Below, piece by piece: positions 1 through 10,383 of a DNA stretch of 64,000 nt. A program made the translations under genes and the position numbers. The DNA is from Naegleria gruberi (Eukaryota): assembly GCA_000004985.1 (NCBI GenBank), contig GG738854.1; one strand, written 5' to 3'. How positions within the stretch are numbered: the stretch's first letter is position 1; each line of letters opens with the position of its first letter. The notes below the pieces were generated by a model, which searched no databases, was not told the DNA's origin, and saw only the letters and a list, made by a program, of their open reading frames with translations.

Positions 1-23
1 ATTCTATATTAGAATCCTTACCA

Positions 24-2615
24 ATGTTAATTATTACTTTTGTGAAGGTGGTTGACATTTCTGATTGTACTGTTGAAAGATTAGGTTCTCAATGGCTTTA
101 TGTCTCTTCAACAGTTGATATAATTTTGATGCGTTTAATTGTTAATGATTGCAAATTGAAGGGCAATTTAGTCTATCTCACTTCTACAAACAAGGTTTTT
201 ATTAAGAACTCTCTTTTTAAAGACATTACTGGAACTGTGGTTAATATGGCAAATATTGTAACTTTGGAGTTGAAAAATTCGACTTTCCATTCGTGCCATA
301 GTAGAATACACGAATCGATTGTGATACTGAACACTAATGAAGTATTTTCAGCTAGTGCAACTAATGAAAAATCGATTATTTGGGGATCAAGATTTATCAA
401 GTGTTCAGGGTCCAGGGGAGGAGCAATCTTCTTGAGTTCTTTTTATAAGGTTGATATTAACAGGTGTGAATTCATAGCAAATAGTGCACCAAGTGGGAGT
501 GCAATATACTCGGATAGTAGAAGGGGAATGATTTATACAGCTACAGGGCTGGAACCTACCATCTCCATCTTTCATTCACTATTTCAAGAGAATGGAGACC
601 CAACTTTTGGGTCAACATCCTCTGGAGGAGCCATTCACGTTAAGGGAAGCATATATATTGAACAATGTACATTTATTGCCAATTATGCTGTTAAGGGTGG
701 TGTAATTTATATTGACAAATCAGATTCCACCTTTTACTTTAGTCAATACGAACAAAAGTTAGCAGTATTGGTTGCTAGAAGTGAATTTCAGAATAACACA
801 GCAAATTTTGGAGAAATTTCCTTCACTGAACTACCTGATCCATCACTAATCTATTTCAAAACCAATATTGTTGTATTTAATCCAACTTCTCTGGGATCAC
901 CTTGTACCAAGCTAATTATTGATAATACGCAATCTGAACGAGGAAATGTTTACAATGGAACATTAATGGTTTACATGGGAGAGAATGTGAATATAAACAT
1001 GATTGCTTCTAATTTATACGGATACATATTCCCAAAACCATACACAATTATTGGAATTAGGACTCCTGGATCTTCCAAGATATTTGTCAAAACATTAGAT
1101 GATGAAGATCATGTTGAAAATCAAACATTTAACAAATCCTTCTCACTCTATTCACATTATGAAATTTCCTCTCATGAAGATTTGGAGATTTTCATTTCTT
1201 ATGATAAGGTTCATATATCACTCAACTTGATTGTAACACCTTGTCCATTATTCTACAAGTGGGAATCTCCTGTTTGTGTTAATATTTTCTACTTGATTCC
1301 AACTGTTGCTTCAGTCACTTTGTTGACGATAGTTATTGGACTTGTAGCAATTGTTGCTTGTTGTATTGCAAGAAACAAGACAAAGAGATGGAATAGTCGA
1401 AAGAAGGCAGAAAGAATAATGGAACAAGCTCTACTTGATAAAAGAGTTATCTTTGAGGAAGATGAAGAGTCTAGCTCATGTAATTTGAATCGACCTTTCA
1501 TAATCTCAGCAGAAGATATTGTAATTGTAAAGAAAATTGGTGAGGGAGGTGCTGCTAATGTTTTCCTTGCTAAATGGAAAGGTCAAGAAGTTGCCATTAA
1601 AACTCTTAAAGAATGTTTCAGAGGAGACAATGAGGTTTTGGAAACAGAAGCTGCCTTGATTAGTAGTTTCCTTCATCCGAATGTGATTAGATTTTGGGGA
1701 TTTTGTGCCTCATCCTCTCAGAAATACATGGTCATGGAGTATATGAAAGGAGGAAGTTTGGAGAATCTGATTCAGAGTTGTAAAATTGGAAAGGAAAAGT
1801 TGTCCCTCTATGAAAAGCTTCAAATTCTGATTGGGGTAGCTAAAGGAATGGCTTATCTGCATGGCTTGAAACCATGTTGTGTTCACCGTGACTTGAAACC
1901 TGGAAATATTCTGTTGGATGAAAATCGAATCAGTAAGGTTGGAGATTTTGGTTTATCCAGACTCATTTCAAATACCTATCAGACCAGTTTTACAACGAAT
2001 GTGGGTACTTTATTCTATATGGCACCAGAAAACTTTTCTGATAATACCTTCTCTGAAGATTCATTGGGAATGTCTGGTTTTTCACACACAACCTACCAAA
2101 CTACAAATATGACCAACAATACTCATCATTCCATCCAATCATACTATTCAGAGACAGAGTCAGCAGTAGATCAATCGGCAACTATACAAGAATCAGAGAC
2201 CTCTGAGAAGAAACTATTGAATGCTTCAAAGGTTGATGTTTACAGTTATGCAGTGATTATGTGGTCACTCTTCTTTGAGGAAAGTCCTTATGGAAACTAC
2301 AATACTAAGAAGATGAACTTTTTTGGAGATAGTAATGATAACTTTACTAATTGTTACACTGTTTTACCATTGATTCTTCAAGGTAAGAGACCTACAGTAC
2401 CATTTAATTCTGTTGAGAAGATGAAGAGATGGCTTGATGTGTTTGTACTCCCAAAAGAATTAGGAAAGGACAGAGAACATTTATCTAAAATTGTTTTTAG
2501 ATATCTCAACATGATGAAGCTGTGTTGGCATCCACAGCCAGAAGAGCGTCCACCATTTGATCAAATAGTTCCAGAACTGGAAGATTTAGCTGAGCAACTC
2601 CAATACAATAATTGA
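24..2615 (+). CDS. Receptor-like TKL protein kinase with a Pmp-like parallel beta-helix ectodomain, one TM helix and a cytoplasmic kinase domain. Probably 5'-partial, since there is no signal peptide inside the window. Single exon here.
   Basis: Ectodomain repeats: GGAIFLSS, SGSAIYSD, GGAIHVKGS, GGVIYID with F..N spacing. TM: IPTVASVTLLTIVIGLVAIVACCIA. Kinase motifs: GEGGAANVFLAKWKGQEVAIK, HRDLKPGNILLD, DFGLSRL, GTLFYMAPE. Stop is TGA at 2613-2615. Confidence 0.85.
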   Translation: MLIITFVKVVDISDCTVERLGSQWLYVSSTVDIILMRLIVNDCKLKGNLVYLTSTNKVFIKNSLFKDITGTVVNMANIVTLELKNSTFHSCHSRIHESIVILNTNEVFSASATNEKSIIWGSRFIKCSGSRGGAIFLSSFYKVDINRCEFIANSAPSGSAIYSDSRRGMIYTATGLEPTISIFHSLFQENGDPTFGSTSSGGAIHVKGSIYIEQCTFIANYAVKGGVIYIDKSDSTFYFSQYEQKLAVLVARSEFQNNTANFGEISFTELPDPSLIYFKTNIVVFNPTSLGSPCTKLIIDNTQSERGNVYNGTLMVYMGENVNINMIASNLYGYIFPKPYTIIGIRTPGSSKIFVKTLDDEDHVENQTFNKSFSLYSHYEISSHEDLEIFISYDKVHISLNLIVTPCPLFYKWESPVCVNIFYLIPTVASVTLLTIVIGLVAIVACCIARNKTKRWNSRKKAERIMEQALLDKRVIFEEDEESSSCNLNRPFIISAEDIVIVKKIGEGGAANVFLAKWKGQEVAIKTLKECFRGDNEVLETEAALISSFLHPNVIRFWGFCASSSQKYMVMEYMKGGSLENLIQSCKIGKEKLSLYEKLQILIGVAKGMAYLHGLKPCCVHRDLKPGNILLDENRISKVGDFGLSRLISNTYQTSFTTNVGTLFYMAPENFSDNTFSEDSLGMSGFSHTTYQTTNMTNNTHHSIQSYYSETESAVDQSATIQESETSEKKLLNASKVDVYSYAVIMWSLFFEESPYGNYNTKKMNFFGDSNDNFTNCYTVLPLILQGKRPTVPFNSVEKMKRWLDVFVLPKELGKDREHLSKIVFRYLNMMKLCWHPQPEERPPFDQIVPELEDLAEQLQYNN

Positions 2616-2619
2616 CAAC

Positions 2620-3765
2620 TCAATTGAAATTCCTCCACATTCTCTCCAAGGATCGTTTTTCAATAGCATACGGAACTTCAAGAACTCCTCTCAAAATCTT
2701 TAAAATATCAAGACCCATACTGTAATGAACATAAGTTAACAATAAACTATTGATATTGCACAACTTACAATATTCCAATAATTCCTGCAATTTGGCCTAA
2801 AAGACCTTCCATCGTTGAAGTAACCATTTCAGTAATTACATTAACATTCAATGTTGAATAAGCAACTGAAATTACCACTTCATCTCCATCGAATTGAGTT
2901 AATTCCACGATGGATAACTGAGGATGCCATCTCACTGAATTAATTCCTCCTTCGGTATTTGGTTTTAGTCTATTTGTGATAACCTTTGTCAAGATGAAAT
3001 AATTGTCCACTCCAGAAATTGCATAATTGGTCTCTGCAAATACATTAGGTACTGTTCCAGTTTCGTGAAAAGAAACTTGCAAACCAAATCTTGAATCTCT
3101 ATTTTCAGGAACAAAAGGGACATGAAAATAGAATGAAATAGTTCCTGCATATCCAATATCAGTAGCTTAAATTGTGAATGAGATTTTTCCTTGCTCGTTA
3201 ATCACTTACCATTCAAAAGTGATTGGCTCACATTATTGAATACATAACAATTGAACAATTGACCATTCTGAAAAAGCACAACTCTATCATAATGAGGATC
3301 CAAATTTTCCACAATTCCCAATGTAGAATTCACTTTCGTTGCAAACTTTAACGTTAAATTACAATAATCACAATCCAACATTGCATTCCAGTTACAAACA
3401 GTAATAGCTGGAAACGGTAAAGGAACTGACTCGATAAATGTTGTGGCTGTTGTTGGATTACTAATACTCTGCACAAATTGTTCGGAAGAGTCAACAATAT
3501 ACCATATACACATTGCTGTTGCTATGAACCACCCAATGCATGTTATTGCTCTGCTCACCTTAGTGTACATCCATGTTTTCTTCTTCTTTTTCCTCCGTTC
3601 TTGAAGTGTTTGCTGTATTTGCTGAATTTGCCTCACTTGTTCCATTCTGATTTCGGAATCCTGCACTCCATCATCACACACAGGACCTACTTGAACCTGA
3701 ATCCCAGACAACGTCTCGAACGTTGTAGAATTGGAACATTTCTCCTCCTCATTGTTTGTTGCCAT
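2620..3765 (-). CDS. DEG/ENaC/ASIC-like cation channel subunit, short form of about 350 aa, in 3 exons: 3765..3210, 3165..2769, 2719..2620.
   Basis: TM1 is ITCIGWFIATAMCIWYIV, followed by the post-M1 motif FPAITVCNWN (compare ENaC FPAVTICTLN). The pre-M2/M2 region EGLLGQIAGIIGIFMGLDILKILRGVLEVPYAIEK resembles ASIC [30 protein letters not shown]. Introns are 3166..3209 (GTAAGT...TTTAAG) and 2720..2768 (GTAAGT...TTACAG). The stop at 2620-2622 lies 5 bp from the stop of the convergent kinase gene. Confidence 0.7.
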
Positions 3766-3928
3766 TTTTTTTATTAAGGTTTTTGCATTTCCTTTAGCAG
3801 CTTTTTTAGTAGGTTTGGAAAGTTCATTGTCGGAATTGGTTATTGATTCAATAGTGATTGCAAGATGCTATTTTCTTATATTTGACTTGAAAGATTTGGT
3901 TGATATCTATTTCAATATTTGAGATGGT

Positions 3929-4948
3929 TAATTAAAGTTATCCCAAACTCTTCGTATTGACCGATGTTTCACAGAATAGGGAATTACAAGAATTCCTCTT
4001 AGAAATTTCAATACATCCAATCCCATACTATCAACAAGCAAAAATTACAAAGCCAACTCTTAATAATAAACTTACAAAATTCCAACCATGCCAGCAATTT
4101 GCCCTAACAACCTTCAACGAAGTTGTGTAAATTTCTGAAATTTGTCTCAAATTCATAGAAGCATAAGCTACCGAAATAACAATGATATCATCATGTGTAT
4201 CGGTGAGTTCTATAAAGGACAATACTGATTCCCAACGAACCGAATGTAAGCCATCTTCTTTCGTTGGTTTCAATCTTGTGGTTAACACTTTTGTAACAGA
4301 AAAGAAATTGTCTACATTTGGAATGGCAAAGTTTGTCTCTGAAAAAACATTTGGCACAGTTCCAATCTCATGAAATGAAATTTGCAGACCGAATCTTCCA
4401 TCCAAACTCTGGGGCACGAGAGGGAGCTTAAAGTAGAATGTTAAAGTTCCAGAATATCCAACATCCTTTGCTGTTTCGAATGAGAATTATCCGCATAAAT
4501 TCAAATACGAACCTTCAACAGGATTCATCGACCTATTATTAAATACTAAACATTGAAATGGCTGTTCGTGCTGAACTACCACCTTACTATCATATTCCAT
4601 TGTGTAATTCTCCACAAAACCAGTTTCACTATTCACTCTCGTCAAGTGTTCCAAAGAAAGGGAGCAAAACTCACAATCATGCAAAGCATTCCAATTACAA
4701 ACAGTCATTGCAGGATAATATAAAGGAACCGAATCAACATAGGATGTTGCTGTGGTCGGATTTTCAAGTGCCGAGATGAAATTCGTTATTATATGAATAG
4801 GCAATATAAAATCCACAAACTCCCATCGCCACAATCCATCCAGCCATTGTGATTAATTCTCCAAAGTGAGGCAATCTGATACTCCAGTTTTTCCTTAATT
4901 GTGTCCATTTACTTTTATTAAGGGTGCCCTGCAAATTGGTATTATTTC
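3929..4948 (-). pseudogene. Tandem paralogue of the DEG/ENaC-like gene with the same 3-exon layout, but with apparent frameshifts. Probably a pseudogene, or an assembly indel error.
   Basis: The conserved blocks are spread over three reading frames at the 5' end: MDTIKEKLEYQIASLWRINHN, then GWIVAMGVCGFYIAYSYNNEF, then ISALENPTTATSYVDSVPLYYPAMTVCNWN. Exon 2 ends ...GAAGGTTGTTAGGGCAAATTG where the intact copy has GAAGGTCTTTTAGGCCAAATTG. That is a 1-nt deletion, which puts a TAG in the conserved frame. Exon 3 (FMGLDVLKFLRGILVIPYSVKHRSIRRVWDNFN*) is intact but out of phase with exon 2. Confidence 0.6.
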
Positions 4949-5340
4949 CTATTGTCTGATGATTAAGTTGATGATGATGATTATTATTGAATAATTTTCG
5001 TGATGATGAAGATGACGACCATGATGATGATGATTGATGATGTGATGAGGTGCCTTCTTTGGCGACCTTCCAACCTCTATATAAACACTATCTGAACTGA
5101 GAATCGACTTGTCTCTTCTTGGAAACGAAGTGTGCATTTTTTTGAGTGTTGTTAAGGGAAGTTTGAATACGGATTTGGAGTTCCATAGCCATAACTGAAA
5201 CATTGTTGTAGAAAGAAAATTCATTTCTTGGGTTATGATATATTGGTGAAGATGAATTGGAGGGTTGCTGCTTATTCCAGATGTCTACAACCAGCACACT
5301 ATGGAAAGAATATAAAAGAATAATTTTTTAAATATGCGAA

Positions 5341-5425
5341 GCTCATATAGCTCAGTGGTAGAGCATTTGTCTTATGAGAACTTAAGGTTAGCAGATGGCC
5401 GAGGGTTCGACCCCCTCTATGAGCA
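5341..5425 (+). tRNA. Intron-containing tRNA with a canonical cloverleaf. The anticodon loop is CUUAUG|A, giving anticodon UAU, which suggests tRNA-Ile(UAU). Position 37 is G, which is unusual. The intron is about 13 nt, located 3' of position 37.
   Basis: Acceptor stem GCTCATA pairs with TATGAGC, with discriminator A. D arm is GCTC-AGTGGTA-GAGC. Anticodon stem TTTGT/GCAGA has two G-U pairs. T arm is GAGGG-TTCGACC-CCCTC. The variable loop is 5 nt. There are 36 nt between the D arm and T arm where 22-23 are expected, so the extra is an intron. Confidence 0.6.
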
Positions 5426-5781
5426 GTTCAAATTTTTTGCTTTTTAGTAGTGTTAAAGATTTATTAGAAGATTTCAATTCCAATTAATTAGCTCCAATCT
5501 TTTGTAGAGAATAAGAAATCTTTACGAGGTTGTTTTTGAGAATACTTTCTCTTGACTACCATGGAATGCGAATCTCTTTGATTCCACTTCATACTGGTAA
5601 CCTGAATATTGTCCAACTTGTTTTTAAGTGGTTTGTCAGATACGTGGTGTAAATAGGGTTCGTCCTGGCCAAATGACTTTCCAGATGAAGATCTGCCAGA
5701 AGAGCTCCAAGGAGACAATTGTCCAAAACGAAAGCTTTGTAAAGAGATTAGGTTAGGTAATATAAAGCAAAAAATTTGAAC

Positions 5782-5866
5782 TGCTCATAGAGGGGGTCGA
5801 ACCCTCGGCCATCTGCTAACCTTAAGTTCTCATAAGACAAATGCTCTACCACTGAGCTATATGAGC
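5782..5866 (-). tRNA. Second, identical copy of the intron-containing tRNA (UAU anticodon), convergent with the first copy.
   Basis: This is the exact reverse complement of 5341..5425. It lies inside a perfect inverted repeat of about 140 bp. Confidence 0.6.
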
Positions 5867-6059
5867 TTCGCATATTTAAAAAATTATTCTTTTATATTCT
5901 TACCCATTCAACTTTTCTTGTCTCTTTATGGTTTGATGCTACATTTCAGAACCAACATTCATTCCTTTCTGGCCAGAATAAAAATTTAGAAAGATTATTT
6001 GATGAAATTGTTTACAAATTTAATGTAATCATCAATTTGTTCGTTTCAAAACAAAAAAA

Positions 6060-7079
6060 ATGATCAATCGCGATAATGATGAAGATAAAGTTTCTTTCAC
6101 CTTCTTTAATTTCACTCAATCCGAAGTCTGCAATCCTCTTTATGCTAAACTTCGTGAAAAACTTTCGTCCAACAAGAGCAAAACCTTCTCCATGCAATTT
6201 ACTCCCCACAAAACGATTGGCTATCAAAGGCCTATAATTACCGAGGACGGAGATGTGGAAGAAGTTTCTAATGAAGAGAACAAGTTGAAACTTCATTATC
6301 CTTCCGATATTAAAATTGCTCGCCATCATGGTTGTCTTGTAATTGCTGATGATCATAATGATAGAATAGTATTTCTCAATTTGGATAATTATCAATTGAG
6401 GACTGAATTTATTTTGGAAGAGAATGTCACTGATTTTTGGATTGAGTCTGATAGTGCTGGAAATGAATATATTTATTTTGGAGATAATGGAATTACTTTT
6501 AAATTTAATATTGCCAAATTGGTTGAACATGCACAAGTCAAGTTGAAAGATATAGAGCCTATGTGGAAGATTTCTGAAAAACTGTCTGGATCTATAATGG
6601 TAATACATGATACAAGTAGAAAGGAAAAGGTAGTATTGAGATGGAACAATGATGCACAAGGATTAAATGCTCATAGAGATTGTGATGGTTCTCTATTGGC
6701 CAAATATCCAGTCTTGTCGTTGTGTGATTCTCCTGGACTGTTTGCCATTTCAAATTCAGAATTCATTGCTCTCAATCACGAATCTAATATGGTCTTTAAA
6801 ATTACATTTACCGATGGCAAATGTGAAAACTCAGACATGTTTCAAGTACAAAATCATTGGAAACATCCACTTTCGGTTGCAAAAGAATTGAATCAACCTA
6901 GAATTTACATCTCAGATTATGGAAATAAGAGGATTGTTGTGTGGGACTTGTTGCAGGGGTGTGAAATTAAAATTCACCACGAGGAACATCTCCATCCATT
7001 TGGAATTTTCTATGACGATCAATCTGGACTACTCTATGTTGTCGATCAACAAGCTTCTATCATTCGAGTGTATCAGTAA
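6060..7079 (+). CDS. Hypothetical NHL-like beta-propeller protein.
   Basis: ATG follows an A-run (aaaaaaaATG). NHL-like blades: IYISDYGNKRIVVWD, LLYVVDQQASIIRVY, GCLVIADDHNDRIVF. Confidence 0.55.
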   Translation: MINRDNDEDKVSFTFFNFTQSEVCNPLYAKLREKLSSNKSKTFSMQFTPHKTIGYQRPIITEDGDVEEVSNEENKLKLHYPSDIKIARHHGCLVIADDHNDRIVFLNLDNYQLRTEFILEENVTDFWIESDSAGNEYIYFGDNGITFKFNIAKLVEHAQVKLKDIEPMWKISEKLSGSIMVIHDTSRKEKVVLRWNNDAQGLNAHRDCDGSLLAKYPVLSLCDSPGLFAISNSEFIALNHESNMVFKITFTDGKCENSDMFQVQNHWKHPLSVAKELNQPRIYISDYGNKRIVVWDLLQGCEIKIHHEEHLHPFGIFYDDQSGLLYVVDQQASIIRVYQ

Positions 7080-7244
7080 ATACTTTAAACCACAAGATAT
7101 TGTAAACTAGAGTCTCTCCGCATTGTAATCGAAAGATTCGTAGTAGTATTTCACCGATTGTTCCACTATGTGATCATATGATTGGTGAAACAATTTGCGT
7201 GGATAAAAATGGAGGGTGAAATTTTTATGATTGTTGAAAAAAAA

Positions 7245-9025
7245 ATGACAACAAACAATCGCACGAAAATTATTTATTGCACAACTTTGTTGGTCGTTGT
7301 GCTCTCGTTAATGATGACGGTTGGAGTGCAAGGAGCCGATGATTTATTTCTCGTTGTTCGTCCATCATCATCTTCCCCAATGAAGAGAAGTTTGGATTCA
7401 TTTTACATGTTGCCAAAGGCTAAAATTAATCTTCTCGGAGGAGATGAAGTACATGCTCATGTACACTATGATGAGACAACTAACAAGACTGGGTGGGCCT
7501 TGTTGAGTCTTACAACAAATCCTGATGAAACAGATGCTGATCAAGCTTTTGCTGCTGGTTTTGTTGAAGGTATGTTGTTGGTAAAATGGAATTCATCAAT
7601 ATTCATGGAAATCATTTGAATGCACAGGTTATGTAACTGCCAATTTAATGGAAACCTATTGGCCTGGATTTAACAATGCAAGCTATACTCCAAGTTTGGA
7701 TCCTCAACTCAATCAATTTTTGGATGACAATTTACGTTTCATGAGAAGAAAAATTGCTGAATCTAGAAATGGAAATACCAATGAAAAACTTTATTGGACT
7801 CATGTAGGTTTGGTTTTGGATCAAGTTGAAGGTCTCTATGCTGGCTATTTAAAAAAAATGGCTGAACAATTCAAAACACCAACATTGACACTTCTAGAAA
7901 TGCTCAAATTCCAAGTAGCTGCTGACACTGATGACTTGTATTCCAAGTGGCAACCAACAAATTTTGACAATATGAGCAAGGAAGAAATTGAAAAATATAC
8001 ACTCCTTCACACAAGATGCACTGCATTCATCAAGTATAGTGAAGACAAGAAGAATCTTTTCCTTACTCATGCCACCTGGGCTCCTTATCAATACATGTTG
8101 AGAATTTACAAACATTACAGAATTAATTTTAAGGATACACCTGCCAAGTTGGTCAGCTTTTCTTCATCACCTGGATGGTTGGCTAGTGGTGATGATTTCT
8201 ACATTACTAGTGCTGGACTTATTGTTACTGAAACAACAAACTCCATCTATAATCAAACATTGTACAATTATGTTACATCAGAAACTGTATTATATTGGAT
8301 GAGAAATATTGTTGCAAACAGATTAGCCAACTCTGCCAAAGAATGGACTGAACTCTTTGCCAAATATAATAGGTATGTATTTTTAACAAAATGAATGTTA
8401 AATCCAGAACCACTATAGTGGCACTTATAACAATCAATGGATGATTATTGACACTAAGAAATTTGTACCAGGAGCTGATAAATCAGATCCAGAATTATTC
8501 TATATTTTGGAACAAATTCCAGGAGATTGTATGAGTGCTTCAATGAGTCACATTCTCGATGAAAGATATTGGCCATCATTCAATCTTCCTTACTTCTCAT
8601 ATATTTTTAATGTTAGTGGATATCCAGAAAAATTGAAAAAGTATGGAGACTTTTTCAGTTATGACAAGTGTCCTAGAGCTAAGATTTTCAAACGTGATGC
8701 ACCTTCAGTCAATACCATTGAGGATGTCAAGAAATTGATCAGATATAATGACTATCAACATGATCCACTTTCATTAGGAGATGCATGCCATCAAATTGCA
8801 TCCAGATGTGATTTGAATCCTGGAGGCTCAGCATTTGGTGCTATTGATGCTAAAGTTACTGACATTGCCTTTGCTAGAAGAAACTTTGCTTTTGCTCAAT
8901 CTGGACCAACTCACGACCAAGAACCAGTATTCAAGTGGAATAATGTTAATAGCCCAGCTAATCCACATCCTGGACAACCTGTTGAATTTGATTTTAATTG
9001 GGTATCTATGGCTCCAATATATTAA
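7245..9025 (+). CDS. Phospholipase B-like (PLBD-family) secreted protein in 3 exons: 7245..7569, 7628..8372, 8419..9025.
   Basis: Signal peptide MTTNNRTKIIYCTTLLVVVLSLMMTVGVQG. Introns are 7570..7627 (GTATGT...CACAG) and 8373..8418 (GTATGT...TATAG). Splicing restores the conserved FAAGFVEGYVTANLMETYWP and AKYNSGTYNNQWMIIDTKKF blocks. Confidence 0.8.
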
Positions 9026-9135
9026 TTTTATAATATTGAGCTCAAGAGAGAACGATTTGAATTTCCCTTATATTATTAGTAATAAATTTAAAATATAAAA
9101 AAATGCAGAGACTTTAGGTACAAATTCTTGAAAAA

Positions 9136-10326
9136 ATGAGTGAATTGAAAACCATCAAAGATCTGCGTTCCAATTTCACAGCCATCAAAAAGATTGTTCA
9201 GGATGGCGTTGCACAGGAACCTAATTCAAACACTTTAGGCACAATTATACGCTTGTTACAAAAGTATGAATATGATCCGAAAGAATTTTTTGGTACGGAG
9301 AAAGGCATTGATGAATATTCAATGTTGGAATTAAATATTTGTGATGACAGTAGTGAACAGAATATTTGTATGAAAACGATACTGTTGATTAATTCGTTTT
9401 GGTTATTGGAGGTGAAACTTGCTGCTAAGAATGCAAAAGAGTTTCGGCTATTTTTTAATTGCATTGAAAAGAAGGTTTTAACAAAGTTTTTTGATTGCCT
9501 GCAACGAATTTATAGAGAATCAAATGAAGGAGAGCTTAAAGAGTTCACAAGTGGAATGGAAAGTTTGGAGAAATGGCAACAGTTCATTTTACATTTGTAC
9601 ATGTGTATGAATAGTGACATTTATACTGGCGCTAATTCCCTAAATAATATAATGACATCACGTCCAACTATATTATTATCATTAGTGCTTTATCAACATT
9701 TTTCTGAAAAGAAGGAAAAATTCTTGAATGAGAATCCTGGAAAATCATTCAATTTGACAATAACTGAAAATTATCTCCTTTCTACTGCAATTCTTATTTC
9801 TGATGATTATGACCTCGACGAGATGAGTTCAGAATTAAAGCTTACCATGGACCACATTTCAAAAGTGTACATTGAATATTTATACAATTTGGTAGGGTTG
9901 ACCTTTGAACAAGATACTCCAAATCTAGTATCGCTTGGTATTGTTTCTGTGGCCCAACTATCAATACGTAATTGTGATTTTGTTCAAAGATTAATCAAAG
10001 ATGATTACAGAATTATACAAAATACAGAAAATTCAGTTATTATCACAGAAGATTTCATTAGTGAGAAAGTTCCAGACATCCAAAATAAGAAACGAAACCG
10101 TGGCGAAAGTGCTTTGGCGGTCAAAATTAAGCTGTTAACTCTAATTGATATTTTGCTAGATGCTGATTTTGAAGATTTCAATGAAAATCAAAAGGTAGAG
10201 TTTTGTCTGTACTTTAAAGAGTTGATTATTGAATCCCTTAATGATGAAATGATTAATGAGTCGGGAAGTTTAGTCGGTAAACAAGCTGTTGCCACAGCCA
10301 TTAGATCTATCTCAGTTGTTACTTAG
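9136..10326 (+). CDS. Hypothetical protein. It may be the 5' part of one larger gene continuing in the 10384..11712 ORF, because the two are in the same frame and separated only by one TAG.
   Basis: A 396-codon ORF with an ATG after an A-run. There is no recognisable domain. Confidence 0.5.
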   Translation: MSELKTIKDLRSNFTAIKKIVQDGVAQEPNSNTLGTIIRLLQKYEYDPKEFFGTEKGIDEYSMLELNICDDSSEQNICMKTILLINSFWLLEVKLAAKNAKEFRLFFNCIEKKVLTKFFDCLQRIYRESNEGELKEFTSGMESLEKWQQFILHLYMCMNSDIYTGANSLNNIMTSRPTILLSLVLYQHFSEKKEKFLNENPGKSFNLTITENYLLSTAILISDDYDLDEMSSELKLTMDHISKVYIEYLYNLVGLTFEQDTPNLVSLGIVSVAQLSIRNCDFVQRLIKDDYRIIQNTENSVIITEDFISEKVPDIQNKKRNRGESALAVKIKLLTLIDILLDADFEDFNENQKVEFCLYFKELIIESLNDEMINESGSLVGKQAVATAIRSISVVT

Positions 10327-10383
10327 ACTGAGGGTACTATAGATCTTTTATCAGACAATTTTAGGGAATACCTATTTAATATT

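Larger units (their letters stand above)
5307..5896. repeat. Inverted repeat with arms at about 5307..5447 and 5755..5896, each about 140 bp. Each arm holds one tRNA gene plus about 35 bp of 5' flank with a TATAAAAG box. The 307-bp spacer lies between the two tRNA 3' ends.
   Basis: Left arm: agaatataaaagaataattttttaaatatgcgaagctcatatag...gagcagttcaaattttttgcttt. Right arm is its reverse complement with no mismatches that I could find. Confidence 0.8.

Noticed and set aside
5488-5718. 76-aa ORF between the two inverted tRNA copies.
   Set aside because: It lies in the spacer of the inverted repeat and has low-complexity composition, no A-rich start context and no homology signal. It is probably non-coding.
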